This document shows, in pieces, positions 10,949 to 26,985 of a stretch of DNA of 64,000 bases. Source of the DNA: Takakia lepidozioides (taxonomy: Eukaryota > Plantae > Bryophyta). Position 1 is the first letter of the stretch, and each line of letters opens with the position of its first letter. The stretch lies in the NCBI GenBank assembly GCA_030704615.1, contig CM060734.1, positions 39,928,001 to 39,992,000 of the forward strand, read 5' to 3'. The notes below the pieces were generated by a model. The model had not been told where the DNA came from. It made no database searches and worked only from the letters and a program-made list of their open reading frames with translations. The translations under genes were made by a program, and so were the position numbers.

Positions 10949-13074
10949 GGGAGGATTAGTACAGGGACAGTAAAAGGCGTTGGTGAGGGCTCATGTAACG
11001 CCCCGCAGAGCAGGACAAAAGCTTGACTCTTCCACCATTCCCCTCTCTCTGCACACTGCACCACTGCACCGCACTAACCAACGGACACTCTCTGGATCAG
11101 CGTCGACACGAACTAGGGATGCGAAACCAATATTTCGTGCAGTGAACTTTCATCCAGCGCTCACGGGCAGGCCACCGGTGACCGCGGTCACCAGCCGCTC
11201 CCATACTATTTTGAACGGGCCGGGCACCGGGCAACACGCGGGCCCCTGACCGGATACAGCCGGTCGCGTACCCACCAGCTAGATTCTCTCCACGTGGGTC
11301 GTCTTAACTGGCGGTGCCCCTCTTTACTCCGCCCAGGTTCCCCCACCGGGCACAGCTTCGGATCCGATATGTAGGTTCGGAACCGCACCGGAGGGGCTAG
11401 CTTCGGCCCGGAGCTAGCCGCTCAGGTGCGGCGAGTACAAAGGGAATCGCAGCAATGCGCGCGCGGCACGTGCGGCCGGAAGGGAGCGGGAGGGAGCGAG
11501 AGCGGCCTCGGCGAGTGGGGCCTGCGTGCCCGGTCGGGAAATTGCGGGAGTCGGGAGTGCAAGAAAAAGTTTGCGGGAGAGAGAGGGCACTCACTTTGAG
11601 AGATTTTGGTGGTGGGGTTTGTAGGGAGGGAGGGAGTAGAGGGAGAGTTTGTTGAGGGGCCGGGCAGCTCCCCCGCCCGACAGCCTCTAAAGCACTTCAA
11701 ATTGTGGTGTCAAGTGTCTCCTTGCCCCCTCCCGGGGGTGGGGGCCTGCACACATCTCTGCATCCATGCAACACATGGCCGTCTCTTTCAGCAGCCCTGT
11801 GTTTGGGGCCTGCGCTGGGCAGCCAGGGTGGTAATGGAGGGTTGTGCTGGGAGGGGTGAGATGGAGGGATGAGGGACTCATTGTTGTTGCGGGAGTTTTT
11901 TTGTGGATCCCGTAGCTTGGGGGTTGTAGGTTTTGCTGGGTAGCACATTTGGTGCTGGGGAACAGGTGGTGGAGGGGAGTGAGCTGGAGGTGATATACAG
12001 AAAAGGGTTGGAAAGCTTTGATGGTGGAGGGGAGAGGCCGCGCACTGCCTTTTTGGCGTTGTGCTTTGGTGTTGGTGGTGTTGGACAGCAGTGGAGGGAG
12101 GTAGAGAGTATCTGTGTGAGGTCTGTGTGAGGTGGCTTTTTGGTGGGGTAGAAGGCGGGTGAGGGGGTGTCTGTCTGCATGAGCGGGAGGGAGAGGGAGA
12201 GAGAGAGGGGGAGAGAGAGAGCTGGGAAGGTTTTTCTGCTGCTCGAGTTGGGAGATGGAGGGTGGAGGTGTTAGCGTCAATCCGGTGGGGTGTTAGTGGA
12301 AGGTGAAAGCTTATCGGAGTCAGAGTGTGTGCGAGGTGGAAGGTGGGGCCAGCCACAGCCACGGATGCTGCGGACGGAGATTTCTTTTAAGTAAGTGGCG
12401 GTGAGCGAGGAGGGCGCAGGGGACATAGAGAGCATGAAAGAGTGTCGATGGGTGAAGGGGTTGCAAATTTATTGTAGTGTATATTCAGTATCTCAAAAGC
12501 CACATCCGTTACATCAGTGGGTCTCTCTAGGTTTTTCTCTGTCTCCGCAATACTGCATACCATAGGGGAGGAGACGGCCAAAGGAAAGAGAGTCTTATGA
12601 AGATTTTCTGCACTGATTTAGAGGGGTTGTGAGGGGTGGCGAGAGAAGGAGAGAGTGTAGTTACTTTCTTTGTGGCTGTGGGATAGGTATAGGGCTGATT
12701 GAGGGAAAGTGAAATAGGGTCGCTAAGATTATAGCGAGGGACAAGGGAGTGAACGGGAGGGAGAGAACAAGTTTGTTCCATCGAGCACTTGATTTTGATC
12801 CTTCGTGTTACGCACCAGGAGTGGAGGCCAGCTGAGATGGGTTGGTGGGGATTTAGAAGAAGCGTCTAGCAAATCTCTTTGCTGTGCCTAAATCCTGTTA
12901 CTTCACTCTGGCTTTAGGGACTACTGCAACAGCTTCCAGTGGGCCTACCGGCTCAATTGGTTATGGAGGTTTTTGTAAAGGTATGTTTAAGGGACCTTGC
13001 GCAGAAGGCTTTTGGGTTACAGGCTTTTGAAGACGTTTGAATTGAGAGAAAGACATACGGTAGAGGTTTAGTGC

Positions 13075-16000
13075 ATGGGCGCAATGGCAGTGGCAGGCAT
13101 TTCATCCCCAGCCCGTGTGAGGCTGATGGATTTGGCAGCTGTGGATGGATTTCCATCTGACCGCTACAAGCATGCCGTCTCAACACTCGCCCAGTCCCTA
13201 AGGAATTTCAATGCTGCGATAATCCAGTTGCCCCCTGGAGATGATGTTCTGCTGCGATGCGTGCTGGATTCAGTTCGGATGTTTTTTCATCAAAAGCCCA
13301 TAGTTGGCCCTGAATCTGTGCACACCGAGGATCCTCAAGACTGGAATCGAACAGTTGGTTACTTTGCTGAGCCCCAGCATTTAAGGGAATTGTATGATTA
13401 TCGGCCGGGGAGAACACCTGGTGAAGGAGCTAACCTGGGAGTAACAGAATTGCCCCCTGCCGGCTTGCCCGAGCTTTTTGCTGCATTGGGGAAGGCTGCC
13501 AGAATTATCTTGGATGCCATTGGCTGCTCGTTTGAGCTTCGGAGCTTCTCTTTTACAGATTTGCTTGACAATGTGCCTCTGAAGAATGGAGAAGTTTCAA
13601 CCTCTGTGCTCTCCACTTGCTGCCACAACAGGTATATGAGAATATGGTTAAATAATCAGTCATATGTACAAGTTGCACGCGTCATAGAGGGTGTATGGAT
13701 AGATGTTTCTCTTGGGTTACATGTTGATGTTGTGATTGCTGACTGTGTTGTCAATGTGCAAGCGAAAGGTTTCTGATTTCCTTCCCCCTTGTTCACCTTT
13801 TCAGTGAGTGAATATTCTGTTCCTTTGTAACTCAACGTCCTTTCATGTGTAAGATGCATACTTCCTCCTATAATTGGTTTTCTGAAATTTTGCATCTGGA
13901 TGGAGGAGTTTTCCTGCCCCTCAAATTTGAGATTAAAGTTGCCGTGATGTACTCCGCTGTTAGAAAGGACATAAGTTCCTCCTAATATAGGTGATGTAAG
14001 GACCCACATGACCTATTTGGATCTTTCTCAATAAGAAAGTAGATGCATAGCTTCATCCAGGTCTTTCAGCATTTGGATATATCTGTTACAACTTTCTGTG
14101 GAACAGTGAAGGACCGCAAATTTTCCTTGTACTAGTTTTGTTACTGATCTATAAAGACTGTCCTGTGTTAGTATTATTATTCTGAGGGAGTTTCCATGCA
14201 TCTGGTATCACTACCAATCTTTCAAAAAATCTCAAATGAAAAGACAGAACAGGACCATGACGTTCAAGCCTGGTACTAGTTTTCCCTAGTCAAGCCTAGC
14301 CAACTGTTTGCAAAGTAAGGTCCCACCATTTGTCACGAGAGGTTTTCGCCTAGGGTGGAGATGCTGCTGAGTTGCCTGGCATTGCATGCAAGTCCAGACA
14401 TTGTTGATGTATCTTGGCTCTTTAGTTCCAAAACTGGCTTGGGGTAGTGGATCCCAATAGCACCCTGCTAATTAACATCATCTTGCTTCATTGTTGGCAG
14501 ACCTGGGGCACATCACGGAGCTGTTTCTTTAACAAGTGAAGAAGGCCACATGCCCCTTTTCGAAGATCCAGAACCCCACGCTGATAAAGGACTCTTGACA
14601 TTGCTCAAGTCTGACAAGTCCGGCCTCCAGATAAGAGATTACCAGGGACGGTGGGTGGTTTCGGATGCTGACTTAGGCCCCCAAGATATGGTTCTTTACT
14701 CAGGGCTGTCTCTCTATCAAGCAACTGCAGGATACCTAGGTCCTGCCCTCCACCGAACCGACAACAATATTAGCCTTGGCCATGCCCAAGGCCCTGGGCC
14801 TTATGGCCGTTGTTCAGTGGCATTCAAGCTTATGCCGCGTGCTTCTGCAATTTTGCATTGCTCAGCCATGACAGCAGCAGGGCATGTTGTAGGGGGTCCC
14901 TTTCAACAGCCGGTCGCTGTACATGATTTCATGCAGCGAACTCACCCCATGGACCAGCTTATGAGCAGGCCGGGTGTTCCCACTTTTGCCTTCCCAACGC
15001 CACCTGAAGGTAGGTTTCTTTTACATTTTGCGCTTGGTGGGGGATAGAGGGAGGTGGATGTAACAAGGTGAAGGGTGCATAGGTAGAGAGTTCAATGTGA
15101 GTCACTTTTCTCAGCTGGGTTTGTTTCCTATCCAAGGATTCTGGTGGAAAGTTGATAGGAATATGCGCACCCCTTGTAATCTTCACTGTCAAACATGTGC
15201 TCCGGAAGGCCTACTTCACTTTCCATCGAAAGGGCCCAAGAAGGGGCAAAATCTTATGTTCTTTGCTCCTCAATGAGCAGAATTAAGCAGCCAGAAAGAG
15301 GCTTAGTCATGTTGGGTTTCTTGGGGAGCAGAGGATGGAGCAGTTACTTGCATTTGATGTAAATCTCTTGCTCATGGTGTTAGAAAGTTCATGTTTTTCT
15401 GTGTATGTAATCTGTACAGAGTCCCCCAGTCTCGACTTTTTTTACTATGTATGTTTTGACCTGTGCTTGGTGTGTATGTTTAAGATCATTGTCTTGTCAA
15501 TGTGCGATGTGGTTAGCAAGTATTTATCTCCTGACTGAAAACTACTTTTCAATAGTATTTGTTCCTGCTACAGGGACAATCAAGGCAATAAAGCGTCGAA
15601 AGCAAGTCTCTCGAGGAAAACCCCTGGCGCCATCCAAGCGACTACGGCTTGAAGCACAACGGGTCCTCAAGGAGCGAGTGCAGGAAATTGCTGACAGCAA
15701 AGGCCTCAAAATACGTTACTGCAATTTCAAGGAGTGCGAGGAGCAACACATCACCACCCTTGATAGCCCCTGTGCAGCCATGCGAGCGGAGATGGGTTGG
15801 CCTCCCGGTGTTCCTTTTGTTCACCCCCATGATTTGCCCAACAAAGCAAAACAAGCCTTTTTGGAGGCTTACGAGCCTGGTTGGACCGCTGCCCAGGATG
15901 GAGAGCTGCCATTGCTCGACTCAAGCCACTCGCAGAATCCACACACTCATGCTTGTAAGACTCTGAATTGCTATTACCCAAACTTTCAATAAGACATGGA

Positions 16001-16400
16001 TATAGGTTGCACTGATTTGACTTGAGGGAAAAGAAGATCTATGAATTTAATGGTTGGTGCCTTTTTAGTGTCGCATCTGGGTATTACTCCATACTGGGTA
16101 CCAACCTTCCTGGAGCTTGGCATGTGGTTTCTACGTTTCTCCCCTGGATGCTCAACCCAGGGTTTGCACATGGCTAGCTGACAATCCATTTATAGGGAAT
16201 TGACTATTGACTTACGGGCTAGCCTTGTCAGTGAAGAGAACATGATCTTGATATCAGCTCTACTACTGTTGCTGTTGACTTCAGACATAGGTGCCTGCAG
16301 TGGCACCAGACACAGAGATAAAGGAAAGGGAGAGAAACAGGCCAAGAGGACCCAAGGACATAACCTATTAGAAAGATTCTTAGCATCAGACCAGCCTTGA
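13075..16400 (+). CDS. 2-oxoglutarate/Fe(II)-dependent dioxygenase (At3g12940-like); exons 13075-13631, 14501-15009, 15574-15954, then a probable exon from 16285 (3' end uncertain)
   Basis: HxD (EPHADKGLLTL), distal His (PALHRT) and RxS (GRCSVAF) motifs, plus the conserved tail SKRLRLEAQRVLKERVQ...GWPPGVPFVHPHDLPNKAK...YEPGW. Exon phases are consistent. Confidence 0.85.
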
Positions 16401-16860
16401 GATTCGTTTCTTTTTGTTTTCTCTTGCCAAACGTAGTCGTTTAAGCAGTTATGCACAGAGAAGAGCAGAGTCTTTGGTGATAAAAGAAGAGGCCTGTATT
16501 TGTCTGTATCTGTATTTGTCTGTCTCCCTTGGCAATATTTCTGGTGCAACGTGGGCTCTTTGAAGGATGAAAATCACGATGCATAATGAATGTGAGGTGC
16601 ATAGCTTGTTCTTCTGAAGGACTTTGGTTGTGTCCAATTTCTAGCATGTTTGGAGATGCAGGACCATCCTTTTACTTCCTTGAGATGAGGGAATTTCTTC
16701 TTTCCGCCAAAAGAAGGCAGCTAATGGATAGTTGATGGAAGGATGTTTGTGGAAGCCAACAATCCTAGGGATAAAAATGCCCCTGTTTATCTAGCTAGGA
16801 AAACTGTTAGACACCCTCGCTCTTGCGGGTTGTGGACTGCCTCCAATAGGGGCAATGAGA

Positions 16861-18390
16861 GTGTTGAAACCCGAGACCACCTACAGTGTGGTCATTGTGC
16901 CAAACCACTGGGCTATCTGTTGGGCACGCAAGTTCATGTCTGACCTAAAATCCATGTTTTTCACACTTGTTGAAGATTCAGTTGAAGAATGAAAATTTCA
17001 CATTGAAAGCTCTCAAGTCCTGTCCATAATCGCTCCAACTAACTAAAATTAGAGTAAAGTTGAGGATGGATTCAAGTTGGAGAGAGACCTGGTGCGGAGT
17101 GGCGTGGAAAAGCTGCTGACTACTTGTTATAGTGTGTCTCCCGATGCACGGTCTTGAGTGTGTGGTGAAGTCTGAGTGAAGTGGGAAAAATATTAGGTCA
17201 TGGAAACAGGTGCTACGTACAGCATGCGTTCCCCCTTTATTCCTACTGCTTATTGTCAATCAACCTTCATAACTATTACAGTAATTGGGTTGAAGTTGTC
17301 AGGGATCTTAACAAGCCACAAAATGAGGTGTCAGCTGGTGATTGTCCAAATAATGTGGGGTAAACTCTTATGAAGTGGCAGGAGCACCACTTGTGGAGGA
17401 CCAACGATTTGCGGTGAAGACCGTCTATGACTATTTGCGCGCCAAAGGCAGGCCTGTTCCTACTGGAAAACCTCAGGTGGTTGGCCACAAAGTGGATCTT
17501 AGTGGATTGGCTAAGGCATCATTTGAGGCTGGCGGGCGAGCGCAGGTACCCTTTATTTCCCCACTGTCCCCCCTGCTATTCCTGACTGTGTTTGGGTTGA
17601 TTGGTCGGCTCTGAGGTTATCTATCTGACTGGAAGACTGAGTGTTTGAGCTTCTCAGTGGGCTAGCAATCTTTTTTATGGACTAAGAAACACAAACCCAG
17701 TTTTGAGAGGGTGCAGTGGGTGCTTGCCTTACCCACCTCCTCTGTTACCTGAGTATACTCTCTTACTTTCCATACTTGCACTCTCAGATTCTTTGCGAGA
17801 GAATCAAAACCTGCAAGGTATGTAGAAGAGGTGTTTAGCCTGTGAACAAGACAAGACATGGACTCTGCCTTAGGGGCCTTGAGGTCTGTGTTAGTTGTCT
17901 CATCAAATTTGTGGATCCTCCTTACTGGGTGCGGAGCCTCACAATTGGTGAAGATCAGTGCTTGGTGCTTGGCATTGAGAGAAGGTACTCATGTGGCTCG
18001 CTGCCGCCTTGTCCATAGTCGTTGCACACTGGTTGGATTGCCCAGAACATGGAGGGACAGGTAGTTGAACTGAATATGTCCAACTGCAGTAAAAGAGTCT
18101 GAAATCTGTTGAGCCTGTCAAGTGCCAATTCGGATTGAATCAACCCTTTTAGATACCCCACAGAAGGTATAACGCTTCAAATAAAGGAGAGGAAATAGCA
18201 CAGGTAGTGTTATTTATCTTACTCTTCAAATCATCTCCACGTTTTTGAAGCAGAGGTCTCTGTTTAGGTTCGCAGTTCGGTGCTAATCCTCCATGGCTTT
18301 GAGGCCTGAAAGACACAAACTTCAAACACCCAGCAGGTAGCCCAGTGGTCAGGGCATTTGGACACTTTTAGGTGGTCTCGGGTTCTAACA
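16861..18390. repeat. Diverged ~80-bp inverted repeat pair (16861-16941 and 18311-18390)
   Basis: AACCCGAGACCACCTA...ACCACTGGGCTA at about 16868-16914; its reverse complement lies at about 18338-18384. Confidence 0.75.
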
Positions 18391-19207
18391 GCGGAACCAA
18401 TATTCCATCTAAGGATAGTCTTGGTTCTTGGCCTATGTTTACTCAGCTTTAGCAGGGCGGCATTGCCTTGCCAGAAGTGGGTCCCCTGCAACTTTTAGTC
18501 TCTTAATGAAACACAAGAAACCCTTGTCAAGCCAGAAGTGCTGTTACAAAGTGACCATCTTCTAACAGCAGGAGTACTGATAATGCTCAAGGAGGCACTA
18601 GGATCTATGGTGCTCCACCTGGCAGCATTATTCTACTCTATATCAGTGACTTCTTGCCAAACCAGTACCAAAACTCAGTTCTCAAAGAGAGCTGATATCA
18701 GTTTTGGATCATAAGCATGCTATCTGTTCTTTTGGCCCACTTTTTGGGGCTTATTTGTTCGTCCCTTTTCTTCAGATGAATGTGACTTCACGGTCTTGTT
18801 GAATCGTGAAAGCATTGTCTTCATTTCACATGAGATGTGTTTATGGAACTGATCTCTTTGTGTGGTGACTAAAACTCTTTCAAAATGAGAAACTCCATTC
18901 ACAATTGGTACGATCCTTAAGATTGGCTGACAACTTGTTAGAAAGGATTGAATCCAACCCAGATATAGAGAGGAAGAGAGATTTATTAGTCCACAGGAGT
19001 CTCTGTAGTAATTGAAGCTGATCTTGGTTTTGAGTGGGGCAGTTCGAAGCTGAGGCTGGCTTTCAGCGCTTCATTGCGGACCATTTCCAACTTGACAATG
19101 CATCAGAAAAGGAGAAAGAACGGGCCCTGGAGCGGCTGAGAAAATTGTACGAACAAGTGTTGTATGATTATGTAGAGGACCTGGTGGCCAGTGACCAACT
19201 GAACTGA
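17381..19207 (+). CDS. ARID (AT-rich interaction) domain exons 17381-17545 and 19043-19207
   Basis: YLRAKGRPVPTGKPQVVGHKVDLSGLAKASFEAGGRAQ|FEAEAGFQRFIADHF...LRKLYEQVLYDY* follows the ARID pattern (P.i.g..vDL..L...v...GG...; LrkhYekyLl.y). Splice sites are canonical and in phase, with no stops. Confidence 0.7.
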
Positions 19208-19482
19208 GAGAGAGGGAAGAGAGGCAGAGAAATGTAGCAATTTTAGTCATGCAGTAGGATAGGGAACTATTCTTCTTTGTCCACTGTGCACATTAGTATG
19301 GTGATTACCATGCTATCTTCGGCTACCAAAACAGAGGCGAATGTGTTGCTATTTTCTGTTGCACGTTGCGATACGCGCTACTCTTTTAGTTCGAAGCAAG
19401 GAGGGTTAATACGTGGAGTATGATGTTATAGATTTACGGTCATCTTGGCAGGTTTTATTCCAGTGCAATGCCCAGCTAATCA

Positions 19483-19926
19483 CACCATTTGATGCTTCAG
19501 GCTGGAGGAAATTTTGGCTGCCATAATTTAATCTGTGTACAGATAGGTGCTGAGTTGTATTCTGAGGAGTTCACTTTATGAGGAAGAAAAGGCCCAGTGC
19601 ATTTTTTCCTATGTTTCAGAGAGAATTGAAGAGGAAAAGTTTGTTGCTAGATGTGGTTTTGACGGTGTGGAGTATTCTATCTCCCACATGTGATGCCTTA
19701 ATTCTCACTTATTAATTTATCTCACCATTGGATGCTTCAGGCTGGAGGAAGTTTTGGCTGCCATAATTTAACCTGTGTACAGAGAGGTGCTGAGTTGTAT
19801 TCTGAGGAGTGCACTTTGAGGAAGAATAGGCCCAGTGCATTTTTTCCTATGTTTCAGAGAATTGAAGAGGAAAAATTTGTTGCTAGATGTGGTTTTGATG
19901 GTGGAGTATTCTGTCTCTCACACATC
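19483..19926 (+). repeat. Tandem duplication, ~240-bp period, 2 diverged copies
   Basis: CACCATT(T/G)GATGCTTCAGGCTGGAGGAA... occurs at 19483 and 19723. Confidence 0.9.
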
Positions 19927-21182
19927 ATTCTTTAGTTATATCAGAGAACTGCAGTGGTATGAGCTATGAACAGTTGAAATTCTGATGGCCATTGCAACAG
20001 ATTGGTTTGCAGGCTTATTGCATTTGTAGTTATCGATCGCCGTATGTAGCAGCAAACTAATAGAGATTAAGTCTAAACTGCCGCCAATTTTCAGACACCA
20101 CCATTGACCCATTGTCACTCCAACAGCTGTATGAAGTCTTCTGTAAATCTGACTGTATAGTTCTGCACCTAACTAAGACATTAGCTACCTCAAAAATATC
20201 ACCTCTATTCTCCCGGATCCCACAATGGATCTTTCTGCAACGAACACTAACCATCTGCAAACTTCTTGCAATAAGAGAATTTCTGCATCCAGCATTACCC
20301 ACTCAGTGGTTGTAACTCAAATTAAGTATCTAGAATACTAGATTAGAATTAAAGTTAGAATTGTAATCTGTAGTTAGGATTGCAGAACAGTGCAAAACAA
20401 GCATTCTTGGTTGCTCAAAGGGTTGTCACAGCAGAAAGAACTTGTCTTTTGATTGTGGCAATGAAGTGCTGATTGAATCTTTCACAGGCACAAGAACATT
20501 CTAGATAGTTGCAGATTGCAAATTCTCAAACCTCCTTCCAGCCATGGCACTTCTTGTGTCCAAAGAGGGGCATGACATTGCAGTATGCAGAATGTTCTGT
20601 TATTTCTAGCTCCAGGTGAGGTCACTCTTGTTTTTGAAACTTCAAGGGGCCTTTAGATAATACCAAGAAGGAGCATTCTGATAACTAGCCTACTCAACAT
20701 GAGCGAAATGACTACACAGCTTTTCTAGGAAGACCATCTAACCCTCCTTGTGCTCAGAATGGCACTCAGACACACAGATGCAATACAACATCTTCAATTT
20801 CTTCACTTGTGTGAGAGTCCAACATTAATGCTTCATTTCTCTGAAAAAGTCGGAACAAGCATCTCAAAAAATGTACATCCCCAACAAATTAACTTGTCAT
20901 TGTATACACCTCTAGCTTCAGGCGGAGTCCACCAATCGCCACCGAAACCAAAATTGCTGGCTGAAAACACTTGGTTGCCCAATTTGCACTTGAAGACTGA
21001 AAATGCCTTGGTTGCAAACAATATAGCTTGGAATGTTGGATTCCATAGCTTCTCCTGTACTCTCTCACACCCTAAAGGGAGTGAGTCATAACCTTTTGAA
21101 GCATTCATTCAAATTCCTGCAAGCTATACAAAGCCATGGTAGTGTCCCCTCTCCATCATTGTCCGATTCAATAAATATCAGA

Positions 21183-24518
<3,336 letters not shown>

Positions 24519-25522
24519 CTCCGAAATCTGTATTGTTTCCTTCCAACCTCCTGCAGCTGGATTTTGAAACAGCAGATCCTATCCTCCTCCCTACCGACAC
24601 ACTTCGTCCCACTTTTCAGACCTTATTCTGATAAGCCTTCTCTCTAACTTTTGTCCTCTATCTCCCCCTTCCCTCGCCGTCCTGGCACTCCTGTTTCCCT
24701 TGTCCTGTCATCTCGTACTCACTGACGGGATGTCACTCAGACACAGAGGCATGTGTACCTCAACTAAAAACTAGAAACCTTTTAAAGAACAGATGATGAA
24801 CTGGTAACGAAAGGTCCACAGGCAGTACACTTGAGGGTTTGCAGGCTGGCAATGCGGAAAGGACACTGGCAGTTCTTGCACGAGTAAAAGACCCGAGATC
24901 TGACCTTTGATGCGAGAGACTAGTCACTCAGTATTGCCACCCTGAGCAGCTGTCTTGCTCTTCCTTCTATTATTATTCATGCGGGAAGCTTCGCTCATCA
25001 AAATTGCCTGCCACCTCACAGTGCTACTTAATGCCAAACTACCGCCAACGTCAGCTGCCGTTGCTTTGCACCACATCGTGTGAACATGCTTTCCCCCATC
25101 CCCTCCACTCTCTTGCTGGTCCTGATCCCATCTCTATCCTGGGAGATTGTTCAGGACATGATCCAAACAACACTGCTTCTTCACCAAATTGACCCCAGAA
25201 AGGGAGAGCAGGCTGATGAATCCCTGGCATTATTCTTCACAAAAGGGCAATCATCGTTGGATGTTTGTTGTTGTTCGTTATTTCTGTTCCCAGTCTCTTG
25301 GATCCGGAGGACCCACAAGTTTGGGTGGGTTGGAGTATGTAAGTATGTATGTATGGGGTGATGCTGCTCACATTTCTCTTGGTGGCACAGATGTGGGTAT
25401 TAAGTTACTTCAAGTTGGTCTAACTGGGGTGGTGGCATATTAGTATAGCAATGTTGAGGAGAATTACCAGCCAGAATTTAAGATGCTGGCAAGATGCCAC
25501 TGGGGAACCGGCTCATGGTGTT

Positions 25523-25772
25523 AGGGAACACAAAGGAACTCCTGGGAACTGAGCTCTGAGTACCAGGGCACTGCCGGTCGTTCCCTAGTACAAAAAGGCT
25601 TTGGTGGGGAACGCAAAAGAACTTCCAGGAACTGAGCTCTGAATGCCAGGGCACCGCCACCTGTTCTCTAGTACAAAATGGCTTCATATTGTTAGGGAAC
25701 GCAAAGGAACTCCTGGGAACTTAGCTCTGAATGCCAGGGCACCACCGGCCGTTCTCTAGTACAAAATGGCTT
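25523..25772 (+). repeat. Minisatellite, ~83-88-bp unit x3, in the HCT leader intron
   Basis: GGGAAC(A/G)CAAAGGAACTCCTGGGAACT...CTAGTACAAAATGGCTT occurs at 25523, 25606 and 25694. Confidence 0.85.
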
Positions 25773-26737
25773 GGAGACAATGGTTAGAGAACCGTGCTGG
25801 GAACCCCCCCTAGGAAAGTAAAGAACCGCCCAACAGTGGTTCGCATGTTCGCACCTAGCCTTGCCGGATAGATAGTGCAGGAGGAGAGTTGGCTTGATAG
25901 TTGTTAGTTATGTTCATTCAATGTACTAACAGTGACATATCATTGTTCAATGTTACCATTCAATAAACTTTTTCATCTCATTTTATACTGGACTAGCAAA
26001 ACGCTGTCAAGCATCCGATTGCAGCCTGTGAATTATATTAGCTGCAACTTAAATGAGGCGGTGGGTCGCGGACCAAGGGGTGTGGGCTCTGAAATCATTG
26101 GCATAGTAGGTAGTATTATCTGATTCTAAAGTGGGTTGTCGCAAGCTGTGAGGTGCAGTGCACTACTGAATCTGTAAGGTTGGCACTATGGTGATAATGT
26201 GGTGCAGGGTCCGGGATCCAATTTTGTGGGTACATATTAGACAGTGGTGAAAATCAAAACTATTCTCAATCCTCGGTTATCTTCTCAAAAGGGAAATTCA
26301 TGTCACTCCGTCCGTCAGACTCAGTATGTGTTGTGAAATTGCACCACAAAAAATGTCCAAGTTCTTATAGTGACAATTTCAGGAGGTAGTAAGTTAATCA
26401 CTAGTAAGAGTGGGGAGGTAAGCCCATTGTGGCCTCATCTGCATTGAGCTGTGTGCCTTGAAACACTCCAGACAAGTAGGGGATTATTTGGCAGGATAGG
26501 GCTGTCATTATGATGACGTGGCTACTACCTGCATGAACGTGTCCAAGCTTATCATGACACAAGTTTACTACATAACACCCAAATTTGAATGTCCACCACT
26601 TTGTCTTTTTGTAGAGAATATTCTGGACAAACCCAATCTTCAACCCCAAAGGCGGTAGTTGGATTTAAAGGTGCCAGATGCCACAATGGCAGCAGTATGT
26701 GGACTGTTGTGGCTTCATGGGTCCCAGGAACGTGTAC

Positions 26738-26985
26738 CTACAACTGCAGACTTCGGGAGAGGGAGAGGGAATGGGAGTGATTGAGGGAAGGAAGGGCTTT
26801 GCATGCAACTCAGTTGGGTCTGTTAGAGAGCTTTATTACAGAGTTTAAGGAAGGGGGGGCTTGCATGTTGTTCCCATTTGGGCACAAATGCAGAGAGAAC
26901 GGCGCAGTCGGGGGTGTGATCTGGACAGCAGCGCGTGAGAGTGATGGGGGGATTAGTTGGGGGCGAGTTAGGTGGGGTAGAAGTA
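26738..26985 (-). promoter_or_regulatory. Probable HCT non-coding first exon and promoter with an AC-element
   Basis: A CT-rich leader ends at TAG|GTACAC (26738), and the acceptor CTGCAG|GAG at 24551 lies just before the ATG. ACCTAAC (AC-III MYB site) is at 26967-26973. Confidence 0.45.

Noticed and set aside
11687-12362. 197- and 221-aa Pro/Ser/His-rich minus-strand ORFs
   Set aside because: By-products of a G-rich, low-complexity leader; no recognisable motifs.
25497-25839. CACTA-type element (CACTG...CAGTG ends)
   Set aside because: The inverted match is only about 6 bp, with no target-site duplication.
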